A stretch of DNA of 64,000 bases from the human T2T-CHM13v2.0 reference genome, Homo sapiens: assembly GCF_009914755.1 (NCBI RefSeq), contig NC_060941.1. One strand, 5' to 3'. The notes below the pieces were generated by a model. It was not told the origin of the DNA. It did not search any database and saw only the letters and a program-made list of their open reading frames with translations. Shown piece by piece: positions 38,915 to 60,030 of this stretch; the stretch's first letter is position 1, and every line of letters starts with the position of its first letter. The translations under genes and the position numbers were made by a program.

Positions 38915-39023
38915 AATGAAATTCACCAGAATTAGTACTCCCAAAAAATCTAAGAAAAAATCTAACAAAAGATCTGAGAAATCTGAAGCAACTGATGGAG
39001 GTTTTACTTCTCAGATTAGAAAG
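38915..39023 (+). CDS. ATAD5: ATAD5 exon 3
   Basis: tttcag|A ATG AAA TTC ACC AGA (MKFTRISTPKKSKKK...QIRK), donor |gtaatt. 109 nt, restoring phase 0 at codon 692. Confidence 0.93.
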
Positions 39024-39309
39024 GTAATTAAAATATTAGAGAGTCCTATAAGTGCCATTCTGTTTCCTTAAAAAACAAACAAAAAACCCCCACATTACTA
39101 TGGGAAGTAATGAGCCAAAATAAAATTCATGTATTTCATAAATTGGTTAACTACAACCCTATGATATTTTTCACTATTATCCTGTTCCTCTAGTTAATTA
39201 AGATATCTTATTGTGAGGTGAAAGCAATTGATAAAGGCAGAGTATAATTTACTTATAAAAAGCTTTCTTAGTGAGTTTACATCGTGATCATTTTTCCTAA
39301 CACTGCCGA

Positions 39310-39598
39310 TCTTAGTTTGGGCTCCTGTAGCAAATTACCATAGACTGAGTGGCTTAAACAACAGAAACATATTTCTCACAGTTATGGGGATTGAGAAATG
39401 CACGATCAAAGCATCAGCTATGCAGTGTCTGGTGAAGCTGTCTTCTTGTTTTCTCACATGGTAGAGAACAGCTAGAGAGAGGGGTCTCCACCCTCATGAC
39501 CTAATCACCTCCTAAAGGCCCTACCTCCTAATACCATTACATAGTGGGTTAGGATTCCAACATATGAATTTTCAGGGGATGTATTCAGTCTGTAACAC
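39310..39598 (-). mobile_element. MLT1A-type MaLR LTR
   Basis: taccatagactgagtggcttaaacaacagaaa..ttctcacagtt..ccctcatgacctaatcacctcc..caacatatgaattt. Confidence 0.8.
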
Positions 39599-39657
39599 TG
39601 CCTATAGGTCATGATTGAATTTTTCATTTATTTCTATAGATTATAGAGACTGAAAAG

Positions 39658-39882
39658 CAGAGTTTCTCAACCTTGCTATTATTGACATTTTGGCTGGATA
39701 ATTCTTTACTGTGGAGGGCTGTCCTGTGCATTGTAGGATGTTTAGCAACACTCTGGCCTCTATCCATAAGATGCCAGTAGCACCCAACTAACTCCTGTAT
39801 AATGACAACCAAAAATGTGTCCAGACATTGCTAAATATCCCTCGGAGGGGAAAATAATCACTTCCACTTGAAAAACTACAGC
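39658..39882. mobile_element. MER20 (hAT-Charlie)
   Basis: cagagtttctcaacctt..ttgacattttggctggataattcttt..ctgtcctgtgcattgtaggatgtttagca..ccagacattgctaaat. Confidence 0.85.
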
Positions 39883-41267
39883 TCTAAAGGGAGAAGTAAG
39901 ATACATAAGAATGGTTTAGTTGTTTCGGCAAAATAAGCTCCTTGTCCCCACCATGGCAGAATTGGAGTAGGTACAGGTATGTGTATTTCGAAAAAGCCAC
40001 CAAGGTGACTCTGAATTAATCCTTGAGTGAAAACCACTGCTACATTGGTATCTCCTTTGGTTTTATTTAACAGCTGTCATTTTTTGGCATCTTACCACAT
40101 TCTAGGCAGTGTGCTTAGTACTCACATCATTAATCTCATAAAGTAAATATTATTTAACCCTTTTTTATAGATGAAGAAACTTGCTGTTAGTTCATAGGGT
40201 GAGGAAACGTGTTTTTATTTGTGATTCTGGGAAGTGTCTTTCCTAGAGTTATACAACTACAAGCAGTTAGAAAGACGGTCTTTAGTCTTTTGGAAAACAT
40301 GCGAGATGCCAGCTGATTGTACTACAGCTAAAGGTTGAAAGTCTCTTTGGTGAACTTTGTCCCACATATTTTATTCTTCTTGATTTCATTCTAGAGGACA
40401 GCTTCAACTTTAATTTTTTTAGAGATAATTATACCTTGGTTTGCCTCATGTACTACTTAAAATTGGGATTTAATAGTAAATTTTCCAGCAAGAGAAGTCT
40501 CAAAATTAAATGTATCCAAATTGGGACCTTTATCCAAACTTACTTAGATCAGTTATTTTATCTCATACTCTGTCAATGGACTTCTTACCACAGGGCCCTT
40601 GTTGTTCACTGAAGACTTATCCAGCCTTGTGTACTAGCTCTAGGAGAAAATCTTAGTAATTTTCTGGGTGAGATTTTTCTTTTTTATTTCTTTTTTCTTT
40701 TCGTTTGTTATTTTTGTAGAGACAGGGTCTTGCTATTTTGCCCAGGCTGGTCTCGAACTGCTAGCCTCAAGCAATCCTCCAGCCTTGGACTCCCACAGTG
40801 CTGTGCTGGTTGGTATTCAGGCATGAGCCACTGTGCCTGGCCAGATTTTTAATGTTTCTATGAGAATAAGGAGTAAACTGGTTCCCCTAAGAGCCCCATA
40901 TTCATAACAGCTTATTGTTTATCCTTTCAGATAATAGTTTAATAGTTAGATTTTTTTCTCTCCAGATATTTTTTCTCTGCTTAAATAGATATATCTTTTT
41001 TTTTTTTCTTTTTGAGACGGAGTCTTGCTGTGTTGCCCAGGCTGGAGTGCAGTGGCACGGTCTCGGCTCACTGCACTCTGCTTCACGCCATTCTCCTGCC
41101 TTAGCCTCCTGAGTAGCTGGGACTACAGGCACCCGCCTCCATGCCCAGCTAATTTTTGTATTTTTAGTAGAGATGGGGTTTCACCGTGTTAGCCAGGATG
41201 GTCTCCATCTCCTGACCTTGTGATCTGCCCACCTCGGCCTCCCAAAGTGCTGGGATTACAGGCGTGA

Positions 41268-41900
<633 letters not shown>

Positions 41901-42323
41901 TTAAAAAAAAAAAAAAAAAAAAAAAACAACCTTGAGGCCAAGGTCCATGTATTATAATACTGTTTTCTTTATAGTATCCAGCCTAGAGCCATTCATATAG
42001 TAGGCTGGGTAACTGTTTGGATTTGGAAAGTACTTTGCCTGAATTTGGTGACTAAAATTAAAAAATAGATTGCCAAGTCTATACTACAGACATCCTCTTG
42101 GGTGTTTTGCTCACATGTAAATATATTTACCTGGATGATTTCAAGTAAGAAATAAAGGCAAACTAATGATAACTAGACACATTTCAATTTAAGGCCCCTG
42201 GTAAGATTTGAATAACCATTTCTTTGTTGATTATTTAATGTGATTTGTGATTGTATTTTTTTCTATTATTAAATATAAAATATTTTCTTGTGATGTAAAT
42301 TAATGTTTCAATTTTTTGTTTAG

Positions 42324-42488
42324 GCAAGCAATACTTCAAAAAACATATCAAAAGCAAAACAATTGATTGAAAAAGCAAAAGCTTTACACATCAGTAGGTC
42401 AAAGGTGACTGAAGAAATAGCGATACCCTTAAGGCGCTCCTCTAGACATCAGACACTTCCTGAAAGGAAGAAATTGTCAGAAACAGAA
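42324..42488 (+). CDS. ATAD5: ATAD5 exon 4
   Basis: gtttag|GCA; ASNTSKNISKAKQLIEKAKALH...KLSETE|gtaagt; 165 nt, phase 0-0. Confidence 0.93.
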
Positions 42489-42735
42489 GTAAGTATTATA
42501 AATATCTGTTGGTATAAATTCTCTCCTATTTTGCTGTTTGGAGTGGGAGAAGGAAACCATTATAAAGTTATAAGGTAGGTTTGTGTGATAGCTTGAAGTG
42601 GTAGAGAGAATATCATTTTCAGTTTTGCTTTAAAAGCCTTCTGCTTTTTTTTGTCTGCAGAATACAGTTTGAATCCTTCTTAAGTCACTCAAGATCTTTC
42701 ATAAGCTGAACTACCTCTTCCTTTTTTTTTTTTGA

Positions 42736-42897
<162 letters not shown>

Positions 42898-43174
42898 TAG
42901 AGACAGGGTTTCACAGTGATTGGCCAGGCTGGTTTTGAACTCCTGACCTCAGGTGATCCACCTGCCTTGGCCTACTAGGGTGCCAGCCCTCTTGCCTTTC
43001 TTCAAAACGACTCTTTGCTCTAGTCACACAGAATTGTTCATTTCTCCCTAAATGGTGCAGTTTTCACGGTATTTGTTTTATTGTTATCAGCTTGAAATAT
43101 ACGTTCCAAGTACTCTCTTCTATGTGAGGAATTCCTACTTAAACTTTGAGATCCTGCTAACTGCCAGTACCTCT

Positions 43175-43600
43175 TTCTAATAAAATAGTTTGAGATATAA
43201 TTCATATACATGCATTTCACCATTTAAAGTGTACAATTCAGTGACTTTTGTATATTGGAAGAGTTGTGCATCCATTACCGTAGTCAATTTTGGAACATTT
43301 TCATTTCCCCAAAAATAGACTCTTTTCTTCTTGGTTGTCACCCCCCAATCCCCTCATTCCACCAGCCATAGCTAACTACTAACCTGCTTCTGTCTCTGTA
43401 GATTTGCTTGTTCTGGACATTTCATATCAATGGTATCATATAGCATGTGGTTTTTTGTGTCTGGCTTCTATTACTTAGGATGTGTTTTCAAGATTTATGT
43501 TACAGCCTCAGTATTTCTTTTCTTTCTGTTGCCAAATATCCCATTCATCACCTGATGGACATTTGGGTTGTTTTCACTTTTTGGCTATTCTGAACATTTT
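43175..43600 (-). mobile_element. L1MB 3' fragment
   Basis: tttgagatataattcatatac..ttcaccatttaaagtgtacaattcagtg..ctggacatttcatat. Confidence 0.8.
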
Positions 43601-43865
43601 ACCCCCTCCTCTTCAAAGCTGTGCTTGTATTCAAGACTCTTCTGGTTGAATATATAAAAAGAAAAATAAAAACAAATTAAAAAAATAAAATAATGGGATG
43701 GGCACAGTGGCTCACACCTGTAATCCCAGCACTTTGAGAGGCTGAGGCGGGAGGATCACGAGGTCAGGAGTTTGAGACCAGTCTGACCAACATGGTGAAA
43801 CCCCGTCTTTACTAAAAATACAAACATTAGCCGGGCATGGTGGCGCGAGCCCGTAATCTCAGCTA

Positions 43866-43973
<108 letters not shown>

Positions 43974-43977
43974 TCAA

Positions 43978-44008
<31 letters not shown>

Positions 44009-45064
44009 AAATAAAATAAAATAGTGAAAATAATGAATACTGTGCTTGCTGATGCCTTCAAGACAAATATTTTCTTTCCTGATATGTACTTTTGTATATT
44101 TTTTTGTGTTGATGGTGCACTCACCATGCTGTATTATAACTAGTTAAACTATCTGCTCATGGGCTAGCTCTCCCTCTCTCCCCTACATTCAGATGTAACA
44201 TTTGATGCCAATTCTTGAATTTTGTCTGTGTATTCCCAATTTCTTCTATATTGCTTCACATATGGTAAGTGCTCGGTAAATCTATGCTGATGACAGGAAA
44301 ATCACAGACTTCATTACATTTCTAGGATGTACAGTTCCAACAGGGCTATAACCAGACTTTTTATAGCTTGGTCATATTGACTGTTTTATTTGGAGTACAG
44401 TCTGTTAGTTGCTTTTTAAAAATTTTCTGCATATGAATACCAGGTCATATGTTAGTTGCTTTATTTTTTAGACAGAGTTTTGCTCTTGTTGCCCAGGCTA
44501 GAGTTAATGGCGCGATCTCAGCTCACTGAAACCTCCACTTCCTGGGTTCAAGCGATTCTCCTGCCTCAGCCTCTCGAGTAGCTGGGATTACAGGCATGCA
44601 CCATCACACCTGGCTAATTTTGTATTTTTAGTAGAGACGGGGTTTCTCCATGTTTCTCAGGCTGGTCTTGAACTCCTGACCTCAGGTAATCCCCCCTGCC
44701 TTGGCCTCCCCAAGTGCTGAGATTACAGGCGTGAACCACCGTCCGGCATTAGTTGCTTTTTCAAAAAAGAAAGCCTTTTTGGGCCTGGTGGCTCACGCCT
44801 GTAATCCCAGCACTTTGGGAGGCCAAGGTGGGAGGATTGCCTGAGCCCAGGAGTTCGAGACCAGCCTGGTCAACATAGGGAGAACCTGGCTCTGCAAAGA
44901 ACACAAAAATTAGCCAGGTGTGGTGGTGTGCGCCTGTAGTCCTGGCTTCTTGGGCAGCTGAGGTGGGAGGATGGCTTGAGGTCGGGAGTTTGAGGCTGCA
45001 GTGAGCCATGATCATGTTACTGCACTCCACCTTGGGTGGCAGAGTGAGACCCTGTCACAATTTA

Positions 45065-45397
<333 letters not shown>

Positions 45398-45619
45398 TCA
45401 TAATAAACGTACCCTGATATCATATAAACTTGTTTGATGTAAGCATGGACTCCTGCTATTCTATTGTGTGTTTTCTGTTTCAATGAGATAATATCTGATG
45501 GGAGGTGTATGGAGCTGCTAATTATGTTTTCTGTGGTTTCTATCACTGTGATTCTTTTGAAATTTCAATGATATTAATTATATGATTTAATTAAAATTTA
45601 TTCTCTTATTTTGTCTTAG

Positions 45620-45746
45620 GATTCTGTTATAATAATAGATTCAAGTCCTACTGCTTTAAAGCATCCAGAGAAAAATCAGAAGAAACTTCAGTGTTTGAAT
45701 GATGTGCTAGGAAAAAAACTTAACACATCCACTAAAAATGTACCTG
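45620..45746 (+). CDS. ATAD5: ATAD5 exon 5
   Basis: tcttag|GAT; DSVIIIDSSPTALKHPEKNQKKLQCLNDVLGKKLNTSTKNVP+G|gtaatc; 127 nt. Confidence 0.92.
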
Positions 45747-46237
45747 GTAATCAGAGTTAATAATATTTATGATGTATATTAGAATGTTTTGGGGTTTTTG
45801 TTTTGTTTTGTTTTTGTGTTCTGGGGTATTTATTTATTTATTTATTTATTTTTGAGACGGAGTCTCGCTTTGTCACTCAGGCTGGAGTGCAGCGCCGGCG
45901 GGATCTCGGCTCACTGCAGCCTCCACCTCCTAAGTTCAAGTGATTCTCCTGCCTCAGCCTCCTGAGTAGCTGGGACTACAGGCACCCACCACCATGCCCG
46001 GCTAATTTTTTGTATTTTTAGTAGAGACGGGGTTTCACCATGTTAGCCAGGCTGGTCTCGAACTCCTGACCTTGTGATCTGCCTGTCTTGGCTTCCCAAA
46101 GTGCTGGGATTACAGGCATGAGCCACTGCACCCGGCCTGTGTTTTGGGGTATTATTCTGAACGTGCTTATGATTGAAATTTAGTATCTTATGTAAAATTT
46201 TAACTGTATTATATTTCTATTTTAGTAAGTAAAGTTA

Positions 46238-46432
<195 letters not shown>

Positions 46433-46541
46433 CTACAGAGTGAGACTCCATCTCAAAAAAAAAAAAAAAAAAAAAAAAAGAAAGTAGCTGAAGGTGGAGA
46501 TGGTAAACATTGATACTAACCCAAGTATTTATTTTTCTAAG

Positions 46542-46623
46542 GAAAAATGAAAGTCGCTCCTTTATTTCTTGTCAGAAAAGCACAAAAAGCAGCTGATCCT
46601 GTCCCTAGTTTTGATGAAAGCAG
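46542..46623 (+). CDS. ATAD5: ATAD5 exon 6
   Basis: ttctaag|GA; KMKVAPLFLVRKAQKAADPVPSFDES+AG|gtcagt; 82 nt; TACTAAC branch point at 46514-46520. Confidence 0.9.
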
Positions 46624-46869
46624 GTCAGTCCAATACAAATTTTTAAATGCCAAAATATTTTATAGAATGTATTTGTATTGATGTGTTTACTTTGATGAGA
46701 AAGCATGTGAATTATCATTTGAAGCTCTAGTAAGTCCAGTTTCAAAGTTGACAATATTGACAGTGCTGCAACTGCTATTTGAATATCTTGGTTTTTTGCA
46801 AGTGCTTTGGCCATCGCTAGACAAAACAGAAAAATAAGCAAACCAAAAATACAAAAAAGCTGATAATGA

Positions 46870-47680
46870 ATTTTATTCAGTAAATATTTAAATACCTACT
46901 AGTATGTACCAGGTACTGTTTTTGGTATCAGAGATATTATGGGGATAAGACAGGACACATTCCCTGTCCTCCTGTGGCTTAAGTGGAGATGGAAGATGGT
47001 CTATGATTAAACATTCATTGGGTCAACAAATGAAAAATTGCAGTTGTGCTAAGGAGAGGTATAATTCATATTGAGGAGGGTTGGTCTGATTAAAGAAGAC
47101 TTCAATGAGGAAATGATGTCTGAACTGAAATCTGAGGGATGAGCAGGAGTTCATCAGGAGGAGGAACTGTGTTTCAGCCAGAGAGAACTGTCTATGTAAA
47201 GTCTCTGTAGCTGGAAGGAACTTGCTAAATACCAAAAACTGATAGAATGCTAGTGTGACTAGAGCACAGAGAACAAGGGTGAGAGGTGGGTGCCAGCCAA
47301 TGTAGGACCTAGGAGGCCATGTTAAGGGATTTTATCATTATATTAAGAGCAAATAAGAAGCAGCCAAAGGGTTTTAAACATAAATATAGACCTAAACAGA
47401 TTTGGATTTTAGAAGTTTAATTGGCCTGCTGGATAAAGAATGGAATGGAAGAGGGGTTAGAGTAGATGTAGGAGTCCAGGTATTGTGAGATGATGGAGGT
47501 AAGGACTAGGTTGTTGGGAATGACATATGAAAAGATTTTAGGAGATGAATTAAAAATCCCTCGATGATTAATGAGATTTGTGGGAGTGAGAGTGTGGGAG
47601 AGGAAGGTATAGGATGACATGTAAGTTCTAGTTTATGCGCCTGGGTGGCATGATGGAAGGTCAGGTCTAGGAGCAACATG
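46870..47680 (-). mobile_element. L2 fragment
   Basis: attcagtaaatatttaaatacctact..gtaccaggtactgtt..ggaggccatgttaaggga. Further short L2 ends at about 14970-15130 (-), 21580-21695 (+) and 44110-44290 (+). Confidence 0.72.
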
Positions 47681-47699
47681 GGTTTAGATTATCTTTTTT

Positions 47700-52895
<5,196 letters not shown>

Positions 52896-53014
52896 TAAAA
52901 ATATATATTTAAAAATTCTGAGCTGGGTGCGGTGGCTCACATCTATAATCCCAGCACTTTGGGAGGCCAAGGCGTGTGGATCACGAGGTCAGCAGATCAA
53001 GACCATCCTGGCTA

Positions 53015-53221
<207 letters not shown>

Positions 53222-53298
53222 CTAAGGGTAGGCCAGGCATAGTGGCTCACACCTGTAATCCCAACACTCTGGGAGGCCGAGTTGGGCAGATTGCTTGA

Positions 53299-53568
<270 letters not shown>

Positions 53569-53699
53569 TGAGCTATCTTGCCTGGCCTCTTTTGCTTTTT
53601 TAAAAATAGAGACTAGATCTTACTATTTTGCCCAGGCTGGTCTTGAACTCCTGGCTGGGGTTACAAATGTGAGCCACCCACCTGGCCAAATGCCAAAAT

Positions 53700-54215
53700 C
53701 TTGTTTCTCATCAAACCTGCAATTATGGGCCTTAATATTGACGAATTCCAATGGAATTAACCACATGATGATGGTTTCCAAATGGCAATTCTCTATTGCA
53801 GTCATTCTTTCTTTGTTAGTTGGCTGCTATAAGAGCTTTTTTGTCTCCTCAGTTTATCTATTTATTCACTTATTTCTTCATTTTTATTATATTCAGTGGA
53901 TTGTAATCCATTCATATTAGTTATTTTGATGCTCAAATTGTTTTTAATTTGGCCAGTGTGAGCTCTTCAGCTTGGTTTCTATGTCCCTTTGACATGTCCT
54001 CATAATTTATGGAGCATTTCTTAATTTCTGGAACAGGAAGATATTCTAGGCTTCTATTTTACTTGCCTTGTCTCAGCTCTGCAGTTAGCCATTTCTCTGT
54101 GGACCCCTGGTTCCTTTTCGTGGAGGATGGTATTTAGAGACGAAGGTCTAGCATTAAATTCATTGCTCCTGATGTGGCAGTGCTTCTAGGCCTTTTCAGT
54201 AGATAAAGTTAGGAT
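53700..54215 (-). mobile_element. L1MC-like 3' UTR fragment
   Basis: tttgatgctcaaattgt..ttggccagtg..gccatttctc..ccctggttcctttt..tggtatttagagac. Confidence 0.6.
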
Positions 54216-54217
54216 AC

Positions 54218-54944
54218 TGTGTTTGTCTGTTTTGCATTCCCATAAACGAATACCTAAGACTCGGTAATTTATAGAGAAAAAGAGGTTTATTTGGCTCACA
54301 GCTCTGTAGATTGTACAAGCATGGTTGTACAGCATCGGCTTGGCTGTTAGTGAGGCCTCAGTAATCTTCAACTCATGGCAGAAGGTGAAGGGAGAGCAGG
54401 CCTGTCACATGGCGAGAGAAGTGGCAAGAGAGAGGAGGAGGTACCAGCCTCTTTTAAACAACCATCTCTCGGGTGAACTAATAGATGGAGAAGTTACTCA
54501 TTACTGTGAGGACAGCACCAATCCGTTCATGAGGGATCTGCCCCCATGACCCCAAACACCTAGGCCTGCCTCCAACATTGGAGGTTATATTTCTTTCTTT
54601 TTTTTTTTTTTTGAGACAGAATCTCCCTCTCTTGACCAGGCTGGAGTGCAATGGCATGATCTCGACTCACTGCAACTTCCGCCTCCTAGGTTAAAGCAAT
54701 TCTCCCTGCCTCAGCCTCCCGAGTAGCTGGGATTACAGGCGCCTGCCACCACAGCCAGCTAATTTTTGTATTTTTAGTAGAGATGGGGTTTCGCCATGTT
54801 GGCCTGGCTGGTCTTGAACTCCTGACCTCAGGTGATCTGTCCATCTCAGCCTCCCAAAGTGCTGGGATTACAGGCATGAGCCACTGCGCCTGGCCTGTAT
54901 TTCAATATGAAATTTGGAGGGGACACACATCCAAACCATACCAG
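54218..54944 (-). mobile_element. MST (MSTB-like) MaLR LTR split by an Alu
   Basis: gaatacctaagactcggtaattta..agaggtttatttggctcac..catggcagaaggtgaaggg..atttggaggggacacacatccaaaccata; Alu inserted at about 54590-54895. Confidence 0.82.
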
Positions 54945-55799
54945 CTATATATGTATGTATATGTGTACACACAAACATTTAAAACTATTTATATGTGTGT
55001 AATATATGTATATGCATGTAATATATATGTAATATATGATACATTATATATAATATGTATATTTTTTATTAGTACCTTGTACCCCTCTCCTTAACACCTA
55101 CCTTCTGCTATAGAGACATACTAATTTAACTACAACTTTACCCATCTTCCTCCTTCCCGCCAATTAACAGTTAAAAAAAATACACTTCTTCTTTTCTAAA
55201 AAAGAAAAGAGATATCTCATTTAGTATCTATCTGGCTTCATAGCTTATTTTCCCTTCATTTCACTCAAAGAGGAAAAGAAAACAGAAATACAGAAAAAGT
55301 TTTTGTAGTCTCTTTTGAATTACCAGCCCAAATATCTAATTGCACAGAATATTGTGAGTCTTGTTCTTTCTACAGGCAGGCTAGGAAGGACATATAAGCT
55401 GTGACACACCATCTTCCACTACTCCAACCTCCCATTCTCCCCACCCTTTTGCCTCTGTCCCACTCCTGCCACTGTAGTCAGCCTCCCTATGATTTGCAAT
55501 CTGAAGATAAACTGGGCAAAACTGAGACAATAATAAGGACCCTACTCTTCCTCCTGTTACATTGGGAACAATATTACATCAGAAGTTCTTGTATTAACTT
55601 TTTGAAATATGACAGTGATTTTTTTTTTTTCTGATTGTTTAGCAAGAAAACAAAAGACAAGAGGGAAAAAACTCACCTACCACCCAAAGATAGCCCCTGT
55701 TAACATTTTGGTGGATGTCCTTTAAGTCACTTTTTTCTATACATATTTATTTTTATTTAATTTCTTAACATGGGTAGACTTTCATTTTTGTGATGAGCA

Positions 55800-56075
55800 A
55801 AAAAGAATTTGATCAGCTAATATTTTAGGTAATTTTATTACCTAAATGTATTAAATAAATTTTAAAAATTAATATTTGTCAATATCTTATATAAAATCTA
55901 AAACAAAATTTTTATATAATTATATATAAATTATATAATTATATTTTATAGATAAAGCTAATATTTAAGCATTTTATATTAATTACCTAATATATATTTT
56001 ATATTTAGGTAAATTTATTACCTAAAATACTAATTTATTGAATTTATTTAATACATTTTATTAAATTAATTTAAA
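55800..56075. repeat. AT-rich low-complexity block with inverted repeats
   Basis: Extremely A/T-rich. The inverted repeats are detailed in the findings. Confidence 0.8.
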
Positions 56076-56205
56076 TTTTTTTTTTTTTTTTTTTTTGAGA
56101 TGGAGTCTCCCTCTTTCACCCAGGCTGGAGTGAAGTGGCATGATCTCGGCTCCCTGTAACCTCTGCCCCCTGGGTTTAAGCCATTCTCCTGCCTCAGCAT
56201 CCTGA

Positions 56206-56400
<195 letters not shown>

Positions 56401-56431
56401 TAAATTTAAAGGTGTTTCTTCTCTTTTCTGG

Positions 56432-56463
<32 letters not shown>

Positions 56464-56511
56464 GTTATTTTTTGAGACAGTCTCACTCTGTTGCCCAGAC
56501 TGGAAGGCTAG

Positions 56512-56766
<255 letters not shown>

Positions 56767-56849
56767 TAAAAATGTTTATTTTCCAGATAGTTTATTCCTT
56801 TAAATGTTTATAACCTTAGCTTTTCTTTTTCAAATCATTTTCTTAAAAG

Positions 56850-57034
56850 TCAAGATACATCTGAAAAATCTCAGGATTGTGATGTTCAATGTAAAGCAAA
56901 GCGTGACTTCCTAATGAGTGGTTTGCCAGATTTGTTGAAACGGCAAATTGCAAAGAAAGCTGCTGCGCTGGATGTGTACAATGCAGTGAGTACCAGTTTC
57001 CAGAGAGTCGTACATGTGCAACAAAAGGATGATG
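56850..57034 (+). CDS. ATAD5: ATAD5 exon 7
   Basis: cttaaaag|T; QDTSEKSQDCDVQCKAKRDFLMSGLPDLLKRQIAKKAA...VHVQQKDD+G|gtaagt; 185 nt. Confidence 0.92.
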
Positions 57035-57167
57035 GTAAGTTTGTTTTTTATTATTGAATATTTACTCTTCAGCTGTTAGCAGGAACATTAAACTATGTAA
57101 GTTTCTTAAAGATGAGGCTGAAGTTTAATTATCATTCTTATGGTGACTTTAGTGGGAATTTTAAGGA

Positions 57168-57262
57168 CAATTTCTCTCACTATCCATGGGGTTTGATTCC
57201 AGGACCCCCTTGTGGATACTAGCACTCATGGATGCTCAAGTTTCTTGTATAAAATGGTGTAG
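57168..57262. mobile_element. MER2 (Tigger) terminal fragment
   Basis: tatccatgggg..ttccaggacccc..ggatac..ggatgctcaagt..tataaaatggtgtag. Confidence 0.7.
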
Positions 57263-57405
57263 GCTGGGTGTGGTGTCTCATGCCTGTAATCCCAGAACTT
57301 TGAGAGGACAATGCAGGAGAAGAGCTTGAGCCCAGGAGTTCGAGACCAGCCTGGGCAACACAGCAAGATCCTGTCTCTAAACTAGCTAACTAACTTAATT
57401 AATTA

Positions 57406-57639
<234 letters not shown>

Positions 57640-57889
57640 TTATTCTACTTTTTCTTATTTCCCATCTCTGCCACTGGCCATTCAGTTGATGAAGGCTTTC
57701 TTGTTATTTTTACTAGTACAGCTTTATATAGCATTTTCCAATAGTATGTTCAACTGTAGAAATTAGTTATGCTTTTCTTGACTCATTTTGATAAACTCAT
57801 TTTCACAGGAGTGCTGCCATAAAACTTAGCATATCTATTTGTAGATGAGCAGAGAGGCAAGCACAGAGGGAACCTCTCTCTCTTACAAC

Positions 57890-58135
57890 CTTCAGAATTA
57901 TTGAACGCTTACTATTGTCTGGAATTCTGCTGAGCAATTCATATACATATCTAGTTTAATCCTGATAACAACTCTAAGAGGTTGAGTATTATAATTATCA
58001 CCCTCACTTTGAATGTAAGGATGAAGAAACTAAGATTTAGGATCTCGCCAGTGCTCACAAGGTTAGTAAGTGGCAGAGGTTGGGTTTGAATCCAGGTCTA
58101 ACTTGAAAGTTTAGACTTTAGACCAGGTTGCTAAC
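57890..58135 (-). mobile_element. MIR
   Basis: tttaatcctgataacaact..gatgaagaaactaag..agtaagtggcagag..tttgaatccaggtct. Other MIR pieces at about 6480-7000, 14000-14215, 15270-15620, 26645-27155, 35085-35330 and 40100-40190. Confidence 0.7.
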
Positions 58136-58145
58136 TGCCTCTTAA

Positions 58146-58387
<242 letters not shown>

Positions 58388-58661
58388 TAAAAGTTTTAAC
58401 CTGAGTATCAAGGTTGATTTGAAAAGAAAGGAAAGTTTGTTAATATTTGTTTGTTTTAAACAACTGGAAGGGAAGTCTAGGTGATTTTTATTAATTCTAT
58501 TTGTTGGAGGGTAGGATTTTGTTCCCTTTATAGTCATGTGGTTTTTGGTATGTTTGTGTTAATTATGTAGTTGTCAACTTTTCATGTTTACGTATTTGAC
58601 ATTCAGTAAATGGATAGTGTATAAATAAGGTTTATTAAGATATTTGTCTATTTTTCTTTAG

Positions 58662-58819
58662 GGTGTTGTTTGTGGCATTTGAAACCACCCTCTTGTCCTC
58701 TCTTAACTAAATTTAAAGAACTGAACACTAAAGTAATAGATCTCTCAAAATGTGGTATTGCTCTTGGTGAATTTTCAACATTGAATTCAAAGTTGAAAAG
58801 CGGTAACTCTGCTGCTGTG
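58662..58819 (+). CDS. ATAD5: ATAD5 exon 8
   Basis: ctttag|GG; CCLWHLKPPSCPLLTKFKELNTK...SGNSAAV|gtaagt; 158 nt, ending at codon 931. Confidence 0.92.
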
Positions 58820-58922
58820 GTAAGTATTAAATAGTTCATCCATTGTAGAGTGTTTCCCTTACATCTTGCAGAGGAAAAACATTTTTGGATATCTACTCTT
58901 ATAGCCTCGAGTGTTGTCCTAG

Positions 58923-59229
<307 letters not shown>

Positions 59230-59867
59230 TAAAAATAAATCCTAATTGTAGTACACATTTCTTTTAAATACCCATAGAGCTTTAAAAACATTTTAAGAAT
59301 TAATGATTGCCAGTTCTCAAAGAATGTTAGATTACATAGCACATTTAGATACTTTATAAGTAGGTCATATAATCTAATAGATATAATTAGTTCAAAGGGA
59401 GAAAAATAAATTAATTCTTCATAAGCTTTATATTTAGTGACTAAAGCTATTTTTTTTTTTTTTTTGAGTTGGAGTCTCACCCTGTTGCCCAGGCTGGAGT
59501 ACAGTGGCACGATCTCGGCTCACTGCAACCTCTGCCTCCCGGGTTCAAGCGATCCTCCTGCCTCAGCTCCCCCTAGTAGCTGGAATTACAGGCACACGCC
59601 ACCATGCCCAGCAAATTTTTGTATTTTTAGTAGACACGGGGTTTTGCCATGTTGGCTAGGCTGGTCTCAAACTCCTAACTTCAGATGATCCACCTGTCTC
59701 TTGGCCTCCCAAAGTGCTGGGAATATAGGCGTGAGCCACCACGCCCGGCCTAAAGCTAATCTTACGTTGATACTGATTTATGATGGACAGAAAGTGGTTG
59801 GTAGTATTGTAATTAACATGAATAGATGATGTTGGTCTGTTATTGTGCATTTTATTCTTTATTGCAG

Positions 59868-60030
59868 TTCATGAGGACAAGGAAGGAATTTACTGAAGAA
59901 GTAAGAAATCTTTTGCTTGAGGAAATTAGGTGGTCAAATCCTGAATTTTCATTGAAAAAATATTTTCCCTTACTCCTAAAAAAACAAATTGAGCACCAAG
60001 TACTTTCTTCCGAGTGTCATAGTAAACAAG
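59868..60030 (+). CDS. ATAD5: ATAD5 exon 9
   Basis: ttgcag|TTC; [33 protein letters not shown]...ECHSKQ+G|gttagt; 163 nt. Confidence 0.92.
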
